A stretch of DNA of 64,000 nucleotides from Adineta vaga (taxonomy: Eukaryota; Animalia; Rotifera), in assembly GCA_021613535.1 (NCBI GenBank), contig CP075493.1, positions 9,796,001 through 9,860,000 on the forward strand, in the 5' to 3' direction. This document shows, one piece after another, positions 53,001 to 64,000 of this stretch. Every line of letters starts with the position of its first letter. The stretch's first letter is position 1. Both the position numbers and the translations under genes were made by a program. A model generated the notes under the pieces. It was not told the DNA's origin. It saw nothing but the letters and a program-made list of their open reading frames with translations, and did no database searches.

Positions 53001-53602
53001 AACCGTTAGAAGTTAGCAACTACAAAAACATTCTTTTCTTTCCGATCGTTCCGGCTGTGAGTAGTTAACAAGTGTTCTGTCTGTAAACAACTCATGTCAT
53101 TTGACATTCTTTTCTATACATACTAGTATATATATATATAAAACGATTTAGTCAACACGCGATCAGAAGACTCTTCTCTTGTCTCTTCATCATCGTTATC
53201 ATATTCAGTATTTAATATCCAGCTTGCACACTTGAATTACGAGGTTCTTTTTTTTTGCTTCTCATTTTTCTTTTATTTCTTTTTTCCGCTTCTTCTTTTT
53301 CCAATGCTACGACCGGCATTTGTCATGCATACATAATCATATTTATTTGCGATAACAGATAGGTTTTAACACCATCAGTAAGAAAAAAACCGAAGAATCT
53401 CAAGAGATTGTCCTGTTCTTCTTTTTTTATATATATATATCTAAATATTTCTTTAGCCTATCATTTCTTTGTTTCGATCATTTCCTCTTGATTGATCATG
53501 AAAGGAGATCAAGAAAGATTTGCTTTAAAAAAAAAGTCATCATATCGATACAAGAAAACTAGATCTCATCATTTTTTTCTTTTTCCTTAGAAATCTAATC
53601 TA

Positions 53603-54987
53603 ATGTCAATGTTAACAACGACAATACATTATCATAATAGTAGGTTGATTCAAATCATCTTGATTTTCCTCTTATTTCGATTATGTAGATACGGAAATCG
53701 ACTTTGCACCGGCAACGTTTCCAACCTATATCGCAAATGTTTGTGAAAATCAAACACAAACACCTTTGGACAAAATTGAAGATCGAATTAATGTTGTTGT
53801 TCCATATTTAGTTATTCTCGGTAAGTAGAGTAATTATATTTCTTATTTTTATCAAGAAAAATGTTTTTTTTTGTACTCACAAGGTATTATCTAATGGTCT
53901 TTCAGTTTTGACATTTGCACAGCGTAAATTACGAACACTTTCTTGTGGTTGTTATTTATTATTACTTGCTATAAGCGATACAATCGGTTTATTAATTATG
54001 TCACGACCGTATTTTTTCAAACAATTACATTTAGTACATCATCTGAATTCAAGCTTTCTGTGTGGTTTACATTTATTTCTAACGAAAATATTTGATGAAT
54101 TAACACCGTGGTTATTAGTTTTAGTAGCATGCAATCGGCTCGTTCTATCACGTTATCCACGAAATGATCAATCTTTTCAAACAGCTCGCGCTGCCTTATG
54201 GAGTACGTTTTGTCTCTTGTGTATAATCATAATTATTAATTCACATTTACTATTTGGAATTGGTGTTGGTTATTCTCCATCACATCCATGTGTAGCTGTT
54301 TGTGGACCATTAACAAATTCGCCTTATTACTTATTTTTTTACCAAAATGTCAGTCCAATAATTGATCTTGGTTTGAGTCTGATTATCCCATTTTGTCTAG
54401 TATTTATTGCTAATATATTCCTATTAGCGAATGTTAGACGTGTGAAAACAAAAGTTGTACGTGTACGTCGTCGAAAACGAGCTAATCGAAATGCTCGTTT
54501 AAGTATTGTTTTGCTTGCAGATTTGATTACATTTCTTATTGTTAGTTTACCAGTTCTATCCGTTGAATGTATCTATCGTTTTACTCGTACAATTGAACAT
54601 AATGAAAAATTAGATGAATATATTGCTATTGCATGGACAATTGTGAACAAAATTTTCTATTTAAATTATTCATTATCATTTTATTTCTATGTTCTATCGT
54701 CATCCTATTTTCGTCATCATTTTCTTCTTGCAATACGTTGTAAAAAACTACATGATCTGTTGTTTAGTGGAAATTCCAAAGGAGGTCGTCTATCCATAGA
54801 TATTATTACAAAACGTCGTACAAGTCGTTTACTTTCAATACAAAGAACTGTTACAAAACAAAATGAATGTGATGTAACTTCCGTACCAGATGCTAAAAAG
54901 CAATCGAATGGTACAAATGAACTTATACCTTTATGTCAAAGTCAGACAGCATTAACATCATTCAATGGTGAATCAACTTTGAAATAA
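53603..54987 (+). CDS. Class A (rhodopsin-like) GPCR, peptide-receptor-like orphan, 3 coding exons
   Basis: Seven hydrophobic helices; GIISNGLS (TM1), YLLLLAISD (TM2), C..WLLVLVACNRL (DRY variant), IIPF (TM5), SLP (TM6), LNYSLSFYFY (NPxxY variant). Confidence 0.9.
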
Positions 54988-55590
54988 ACTTGTTACACTT
55001 CTATTTATGTTTTAATATTGTACTTCTACAAAGAAGAAACATATGTAAATTATTTTGACTTCGGTCAATAAAAACAAAACACATATAGAATTATAAACTA
55101 TTTGCATTACAAAAATGACTGAGAAAACAGTTCATTTTTCTTGCGTGCAAATATTAATAACGTTCCAATTAATAGACTAGTATCATAAATGTAATCATAT
55201 TTATTTTGTTTTCATGTCATTTATTTGTTACACATTAGAAGTTCTCAAAAGAAAATAACATCAAATTAATCAAACAAGTTACTTTCCAGATGGATGAAAT
55301 GATTGTTTACAATAAAGGAAATAGTTTTTTTTGCTAATCATCTGTTGTCAACTAATCATATAGAATAGATACGAGAACTAATTCGAGAAATTCAATGGCT
55401 AATTATCAAGATCTTCTGGATGTACTACAGACAAAAATAACATAAGGAAAGAAGGAAACAAAATGGTTACATTCTATGTAACTATATTAATGATGATAAC
55501 AATGAAGATAAGAGAGATAAGAACGTACTCAATGAATTTGAAAAAAAAAGTTACAGAGACAAAAATTACAAATCTCATATTGTTGTGAAG

Positions 55591-57602
55591 AATGCAGATT
55601 AGATTGAAATATTATTTGTTGTTTGCTGTTATTATTGGAATAGGTAGCGGTTTAAATAATGGTCTAGGAAGAACACCACAAATGGGTAGGATATGTTCAA
55701 ATGCGATCGATAATTCTTAAACTATCTTAACTTTTGAGGATGGAATAGTTGGAATCATTTTGCATGTAACATCAATGAAAAACTAATTCAACAAACTGCT
55801 GATATTATTGTTGCTTCGGGTCTTGCTGCTGCAGGATATGAATATGGTTTGTTTCCTGCTCTGTTTCTTGAAATATGACTTATCAGATTTTCATCTATCT
55901 TTTCTATGTGTATAGTCAATTTAGATGATTGTTGGCAAATTAGTCGAGATGCACAAGGTTTCATTCAAGTTGATCCAAAAGCATTTCCAAGTGGTATTCC
56001 AGCTCTAGTAGATTATGTTCATTCGAAAAAACTGAAGTTTGGTCTCTATTCAGGTAATGTCATTATAATTTCGAGTTTAATCACATAATTCACTTCTTTT
56101 GATGCTATGTATATCAGATGCAGGATTTAAGACTTGTGATGCTCGACCCGGTTCACTAGGTTATGAGAAAAAAGATGCAACGAGATATGCAGCTTGGAAT
56201 GTCGATTATTTGAAATATGACAATTGTTACGACGATGGAACGAAACCAGAAGTAAGATATCCAGTAATGCGAGATGCATTGAATGCAAGTGGAAGACCTA
56301 TTTTCTGTTGTCTGTGCCGTAGGCTAAAGAATATATATTATAGTTTACTCTATTTTTCGTTGTATTTTCTTTAGAACAAGGTACCGATAATCCACCTCTT
56401 TGGGCAGCAAATGTCGGAAATAGTTGGCGAACAACACATGATATCAAAGATAGATGGCAATCCATGATCAATATAATCGATATTGTAGGAAATTTCAATT
56501 TTTATCTGTCTGTTCACACTATTTTCATATTTTCTAGAACAATGAGGGAGCAAGTAGAGCGGGACCTGGTGGTTGGAATGACCCTGACAGTATGATACTG
56601 TTTTTTTCTTCTTGATCATCTTTTACAATGATCACATGTTCATTTAGTGCTCGAAGTTGGAAACGGTGGAATGACTGATGTCGAATATGTCACTCATTTT
56701 TCACTTTGGGCAATTAGTAAATCACCTCTAATCATTGGATGTGATGTTAGTAGAATGAGTGCCGCAACTCTTTCGACACTTACAAATCCAGAAGTGATTG
56801 CTGTTAATCAAGATCCACTGGGTGTTCAAGGAAGAAAAGTTGCCTACGCATCATCAAAATTACTCAATGTATCTAGTAATGTATACGCTGCTAACTGTGC
56901 ATCGCTAGCATCTACCGTTGATCCGAAACGCCTTCAATGGATTTTCAACTCTCAGGATGGATCAATTCGATCAGTGTTTAATGACCGATGTATTTCGATT
57001 GATAACTGCAATATCGGAGAAACAGCAACTATCGTATTGAATGATTGTGAAATAAATGATCCGCAAGCACAATGCCAAGGAAAAAATCAACAATGGACTG
57101 TTGATACCACTCAACAGACAGTAATCTCTCGAATGAATAAGAAATGGTAGATTTAGCAACAAAATAGTCGTTCTCATTTATCAAATCACAACTTAAAAGT
57201 TCTTAAATGTTTCTCAGTTTAGATTTGTATAACTCATATGGACCCAATGTTTTCGCACTTTCCTGTAATCACAATGATAGTCAAATATGGATATGGAACT
57301 CTTCTGATGGAACTGTTCGAAACAAAAAAAATGGAGGATGTTTGACTGTTCGACAAGAACTTGAAGTATGGGCTGGTCCTCTTTCCGATGGTTCACAAGC
57401 TGTTCTTCTTCTCAATCGAGGTGATGTTGGTACCGAACCTATTACTGTCAAATGGTCTGACATCGGTTTTCCTGTTGATCATCCAGCTATTGTTCGTGAT
57501 CTTTGGGCTCGAAAAGATATTGGAACATTTACTGGTAATTATACATCGCCAAATATTGATCATCATGCGGTGATGATGTTGAAAATTACTCTTACAAAAT
57601 AG
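55591..57602 (+). CDS. Secreted GH27 alpha-galactosidase with inserted ricin-B (CBM13-like) lectin, copy 1
   Basis: [25 protein letters not shown], nucleophile YLKYDNC, acid/base [25 protein letters not shown]; QxW lectin repeats; C-terminal [15 protein letters not shown] beta-sandwich. Confidence 0.95.
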
Positions 57603-58210
57603 ATTGTTTTAAAAATGAGCTTGTGTCTAATCTGTTATTTTTAAAGAAATAATAAATAAAATAGAATATAATGTTTGAATATAAATTTGTATAGAAAGAA
57701 TCGTCATTGTCTTATGTAAATAATATTCAGGCTATTTTTTAGACATTCTAATAATTCATATAGATTCCAGATTATCATAGAGATATGAAACACAACAGAA
57801 GTTAATTATTTTGTCAACATTATTGATTCAGATCATTTAGAATTTGAGAACAGTTTCCGTAGTAAGACTAGGAACGTATTTATTTTGTCGCTTTTGTTGA
57901 AATGGTTAGTACATCAAATAATAAAATTTTATTTTTATCTCAAAATTTTCATGTTATTGACTTCAAGTTACGTTACGTTCGGTATAAACTATCTCAATCA
58001 TATTCATTTATTCTTCGATTTTAACAGACACATGTGGTGGGAATAAAACAATGCAACGCGACATATGTTTTCTTAGCTACATGTGGGATCAGTTCACATA
58101 GCCAGTTTTGCCGTTAGGTGTGTCGTTTCCCATGGATGAAGTCACAAATAAAAAGAGTGTGTTTCGCTGTTAAACCCATTTTCTTCTTTTTAACCTATTG
58201 AAAAAGAAAG

Positions 58211-60196
58211 ATGGTTTTGAAAATAGTCTTTCTGTTGTTTTCTATTCATCATTCCTACCAACTCAATAATGGACTTGGTCGAACACCACAAATGGGTAGG
58301 ATATTTTAATGTATGATATAAACGTTAAATTTCTTCTAATCATCAAGGATGGAATAGTTGGAATCATTTTGCATGTAACATCAATGAAAAACTAATTCAA
58401 CAAACTGCTGATATTATTGTTTCTTCGGGTCTTGCTGCTGCTGGCTACGAATATGGTCTGTTGTTTTAATTTTTCAAACGCTAAACGTTTGAAATTGTTT
58501 TTCTATTTTTTCTTCATAGTAAATATGGATGATTGTTGGCAAATTAGTCGAGATGCACAAGGTTTCATTCAAGCTGATCCAAAAGCCTTTCCAAGTGGTA
58601 TTCCAGCTCTGGTAGATTATATTCATTCGAAAAAACTAAAGTTTGGTCTCTATTCAGGTAGTGTCATTATAATTTCGAGTTTAGTCACATAATTCACTTC
58701 TCTTGATGCTATGCATATCAGATGCAGGATTCAAGACTTGTGATGGTCGACCTGGTTCACTAGGTTATGAGAAAAAAGATGCAACGAGATATGCAGCTTG
58801 GAATGTCGATTATTTGAAATATGACAATTGTTACGACGATGGAACGAAACCAGAAGTAAGATATCCAGTAATGCGAGATGCATTGAATGCAAGTGAAAGA
58901 TCTATCTTTTACTCAATGTGTGGTATGTGTGTGTTTTTTTATTCATACTTGATATTGATACCTATACTATTTCATGAACAGAATGGGGTGTAGATAAACC
59001 AGCATTATGGGCAGCAGATGTTGGAAATAGTTGGCGAACAACAGGTGATATTCAAGATAATTGGAAATCGATGCTAGCCAATATTGATATTGTACGATTA
59101 TGATGTTTGTCTCTCGTTTGTGTATTTATATTCGTGTTTAGAATAACGAATTTGCAGACAAAGCAGGACCTGGTGGTTGGAATGACCCTGATAGTATGAC
59201 ACTGTTTTTTTTTCTTCTTGATCATCTTTTACAATGATCACATGTTCATTTAGTGCTCGAAGTTGGAAACGGTGGAATGACTGATGTCGAATATGTCACT
59301 CATTTTTCACTTTGGGCAATTAGTAAATCACCTCTACTCATTGGATGTGATGTTAGTAGAATGAGTGCCGCAACTCTTTCGACACTTACAAATCCAGAAG
59401 TGATTGCTATTAATCAAGATCCACTGGGTGTTCAAGGAAGAAAAGTTGCTTTCGCATCATCAAAATTACCTCACTCTGTAACTGACATCATTGTCAGCAA
59501 TTGTTCATCACTAGCGGCTAAGAATGGTGTCGAATCTTTTGAATGGACATATATCCGTCAAGATGGATCTATTCGATCATTACTTAATGGCAAATGCTTA
59601 TCAATTGAAAATTGTAGTACTACAGATGTTGCAAATATTGTGTTGATTGAATGTCAAATAAATGATCCACAAGCACAATGTCAAGGAAAAAATCAACAAT
59701 GGACTGTTGATACTACTCAGCAAACAATTACTTCTCAAATGGATGGCAAATGGTAAGTTTCAACTATCCTTTACCATTAACAGATATGAAAAAAACGTTT
59801 CATTCACTCAGTTTGGATGTATTTAATTTTGTTGGACCGAATATTGATGCATATACATGTAACAAACAAGATAATCAAGCATGGATTTGGAACGCTGCTG
59901 ATGATACTGTCCGAAGTAAACATAATGGTCAATGTTTAACATTGAGACCTGAACTTGAAGTATGGGCTGGTCCTCTTTCCGATGGTTCACAAGCTGTTCT
60001 TCTTCTCAATCGAGGTGATGTTGGTACCGAACCTATTACTGTCAAATGGTCTGACATCGGTTTTCCTGTTGATCATCCAGCTATTGTTCGTGATCTTTGG
60101 GCTCGAAAAGATATTGGAACATTTACTGGTAATTATACATCGCCAAATATTGATCATCATGCTGTGATGATGTTGAAAATTACTCTTACAAAATAA
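58211..60196 (+). CDS. Secreted GH27 alpha-galactosidase with inserted ricin-B lectin, copy 2
   Basis: Same exon structure as copy 1; canonical YSMCEWG and SWRTTGDI motifs. Confidence 0.95.
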
Positions 60197-61237
60197 GTGT
60201 TGAAACATACTTTTTGAAATTTTAACGTAGTTTTAATAAACGTAGTGTATAAGAGTATTTTAGTTGATAATAAAGTTTATTCTTTTAGTGAAAATATCTC
60301 ACATCAAAGATATGTATAAAATTCAAGGTATGTTTATAGTGATAAAATATTATTTCCGAAGGTTGCAAACGAGGTGCAATTCTTTCGTTTCTCATAGTTT
60401 CGTCTGAAAGATTCGTTACAGTAGTTATCATATAAGGGATGCAAATATTTTCTATCATAGAGTTATATATATATATATCATTTTGATGTGGTTACTAAAG
60501 AGTTCTTCAGAAATGAAAACAACATCCGGCCTAAGATATTGACTATTTGAACGAATTATAGGCGTTTGCTAGTTTTTGTTCTTTCAGATAATATATCATC
60601 TAGTTAACATTTTGTTCCTAGATATATGCAATACACACATGTTTGTATCCATCAATTTATGATCGATAGAATATTATTGTGAAGTAGTATTCAAAATTGT
60701 TTATATGTATAACATCATCTCTTGATTATTTCTCAATGCAAACGATGAAATATTTATATATGATTACTATAATTTATTCATCATTGCAATGGCTTCCATG
60801 CAATGTCAAAATTTTTTAACAGTTCGAGCGAAAAGAAATATATATGACAGAATGACGAACACTTGTTGATACTATGATTTCATAGATAATCTTACAAAAC
60901 ATCATTAATAAAATAAATGTTCAAAACTAAAATTGAAACACTTCTCACATATACTTTTTCTCTTATATTTATCATTGAACATCTTATGTTGTTATTATTC
61001 TTCTCGTTCATCATCATCATCATCATCATCATCGTTATGACAGATATTTTTTTCTTTTCTAAGATGCCATAAAAATTAATTGAAATGTAAGTATGTATAT
61101 ATATTTATAAATGCTTCGAAAAGTGGCATAGGTGATCGGACACTTCATACTGTCGTCATATGTAATAAACGTCTTTTTTGAATAGAAAAAGTTCTTTTCT
61201 TTTTATTATAACTCGTTTCTATGTCAATGAAATAGAA

Positions 61238-64000
61238 ATGTCAACTGCAAATACGATACATGATGAAACAATACAACATTATTCCAAAGTAACAAAGCTT
61301 ATTCATTATGTATCCAAATTTGAATCTCATGGAAATGAACAACGTTTGAAATTGCAGCGAGTATCGTCTGTCGTCGATGTAACTGATAGGTTTGTTCTTT
61401 ATGTATAACAGAAAACTAATATCATATAGATGTTGTTCGATGATGGACAATTGACTTGAGTTATTCGATAAAAGTATATAGTGCCCTCTATTCTAAACGA
61501 TGATATGGATGTTTGAGGATATTGTCTTATCTATCTTAGTAAAAATGGTTGTAAAACTATAATATTAACAGTTTGATATGAAAAGAAAAAGATTTATTCT
61601 TTCTTAAAATATATTCTATATGAATTTATTCATTCCATTAATAACTAGTAGTCATGATCAGTTAGTTCAAGAGCAAGAATCAAAGTTGTTCTATCAATGA
61701 AATTTTTGTTAATTCACTATACATTGTATTATTTAGATTGATTGAAGGTAAACGATTTCGTTTGGCAGCCATATGGCCTGAATGGAATGAAACTGAGATA
61801 AATGCCGAATCATGGGATGCATTTGTAACTGGTGGGAAAAGAAGAGAACTTACTGCAGCGAGAGCACGTGCTGATGCGAAAACAAATATTTCTGTAATAG
61901 AAAGATTTTAATCAGAATCATTTGACTTATGAATTATGAATTTAGGGTACAAATGTTTTTGATGATCCAGAGGGTAAAGTCGAACTGCCACCATCACTGA
62001 AAGTAGAACAATGGAAGAGACCAAGTGAATTCTTAACATCTGAAAAGGTAACGAACGATAAACTGATTGAAATTGTTCCATTTCTCAAGATTATAGCCTC
62101 CCGTAATTGTCGATTCGGAACTTGGTCTTCAAAATTTCGATTTGATTACATCAAATGAACATTTACATTATAATCAAGTATCATTCTCTGATATAATCTT
62201 GTTTTAGTTCTTTTACTTTCTTTAATATAGACAATGCGAAATATTATTAGTCAAATCATCGCTCTTTGGGATATCTGTCGAAAAACTACAAACAAACCTT
62301 TCGACACTACTGATAGCATACATGGCGACCATGGGTAATTTGAGTAATTTTATTTCATCGAGAAAAAAAAGTAATATTTTCTTCATATTAGGAACATATT
62401 TATGCTTTGAATAAAGTATCAAAACAACCATTTATTACTCCGTATAATCCTGCAGGAAAATATGTTGTTCGACTTTTCTTTCTAGTCTGCGCAAGAAGAT
62501 AAAATTCTTAAATTTATTTTCATTCTAAACATAATATTTAGGGTTCCTGGCGTAAAATTATTGTCGATGATACTATACCATTTGATTCAAATAATCAATG
62601 TCTTCTACCACAAACGACGTTATCGTATGAACTATGGCCAATGCTTTTATCCAAGGCTTTATTAAAAATTCTTTCTCTCGAGTAAAAGAAAACAAACTAT
62701 TGAATTTCATACAGCCAATTCTTTTCTATGTTTCTAGTTTCAATGTATTAGATGACGTTACTGAATGCGATGAAACATCCATTGTTCATTCTCTTACCGG
62801 TTGGATAGCAGAACCTATTCCTCTCAAGTAAAAAAATGAACAAGAGTAAAATTTGTACCAGAGATTAAAATTTTAACTGTACTTTAGATATACTCATACT
62901 GAGAAAGTTTGGAATTTTCTTCGCCACGACCGTTCAAATAGACAAGTTTCTGAAAATGAATGTTATTCAAGATCATCATTTGGACCGATACCATTATTTA
63001 AATGGCGTGAACCTAAAACTGATTCACCAGAAGAAAGTTCTGTAACTAATAGAAGTTCAATATGTTTTTCTAAACAACAATCGATTGATTTACAAGATGA
63101 TAAAAGTTCAAAAAAAGGACGAACTCCCATTATCACCAAAGATCCGTCTGTTAATAAACCAATCAGTTCTAAAGGTAATCGAACGAGTCAGATATTTACA
63201 TTCTTGATATAAAACAAAGTTCCTTTCATTAGTGAATAATATCAAAGATACGAAGAAAACAAATGTCACTGTTCGTGAAGATAGTATACCTGCTACTACT
63301 GCTTTTGCTAATCAAATTACTGTTGAAGCACCAAAAATGATTGTTTTCGCCATGACATCTCATTTACAACCAACACGTCTTAGTTCGTTCGGTGAAATAG
63401 CTGATCGAAGTGAACGATCAAGACGCTATAATCTAAATGAAACATTCTCTACACCAATCTTATTAACTTCAATTCGAGATATTCCATTAGAGCCACCATT
63501 ACCAACTGAATTTGTACCTGCCTGGAAACTGATTCGACCAAAGAAAACAAAACTATTACCTAACGCTGAACCCACCAGTAAATATGAAATTGAAAAGTAA
63601 GTTTTCTCCTGAATAATTCTTTCTTTTAGCTTTAGAAGAGTCGAAACCTGAACGTTGGATTGAAATCTCTTCACCATATATAAACTATCCTTCAACGAAT
63701 CTTCTGCAAATGTAATGACTAATATATTTTATTAGTATTTTCTTTTATACCTGTTTTTTCTTCAAAGAAAAAAATCAATGACTCGATCACATTCATTGGA
63801 TAGAGATGCAGTGTAAGAGCATATTATCACTATATTATCAATATTCCTATCTTATTTATAGTTCTGTAAGTAGACCGTCACGTTTATCTCGTCGACGGAA
63901 ATCGGATATGAATGGTATCGATGAAGAAGAAGATAATAAAAATAATGATATGTGCGACATTCTCACTCATGTAAGTTGCGATAAAATTGAATTTTGAAAA
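61238..64000 (+). CDS. ADGB: Androglobin, N-terminal calpain-like region; continues beyond the window; 1-nt frameshift near 62316-62320
   Basis: IWPEWNETEINAESWD, FDDPEGKVELPPSLKV..WKRP, FDLITSNEHL, WRPWEHIY, GKYVVRLFFLGSWRKIIVDD and ELWPMLLSKALLK match the recalled ADGB N-terminus. The globin domain is not within the window. Confidence 0.9.

Noticed and set aside
50100-53600. Long non-coding stretch examined for transposon ends, arrays or RNA genes
   Set aside because: Only simple repeats and probable GPCR 5'-UTR exons/introns; no terminal repeats or structured RNA recognised by eye.
1-64000. Alternative genetic code (TAA read as sense) to explain the in-frame stops
   Set aside because: TAA terminates many intact genes here (GPAA1, bZIP, GPCR, GH27 copy 2) and long exons are otherwise free of it.

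Overview
AT-rich, gene-dense eukaryotic DNA with many short (~50-65 nt) GT-AG introns. Composition, intron size and gene families point to a bdelloid rotifer (Adineta/Rotaria-like); this is inference, not a database result. Conserved animal genes: BLTP3/UHRF1BP1-like (cut by the window start), Cdc25, a TRPM-like channel, a C2-PDZ-RhoGEF-PH protein (PsGEF-like), ZCCHC14/ZCCHC2-like, GPAA1, a CUB-like/LDLa surface protein, a class A GPCR and the 5' part of androglobin. Accessory content: (i) an EB-module plus lectin-like beta-propeller membrane protein; (ii) a decaying island with an ART-TPR pseudogene, a PARP-domain pseudogene and a bacterial-looking beta-rich ORF; (iii) three tandem intronless PPxY-tailed micro-membrane proteins, two with a perfect CRE at a similar promoter position, head-to-head with a divergent bZIP gene that has an AP-1 site; (iv) a tandem pair of non-metazoan-type GH27 alpha-galactosidases with an inserted ricin-B lectin, showing alternating near-identical and divergent tracts. 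Three otherwise intact genes each carry one frame-disrupting lesion. I recognised no RNA genes, CRISPR arrays or intact transposons. Gene models were spliced by eye, so boundaries are approximate.
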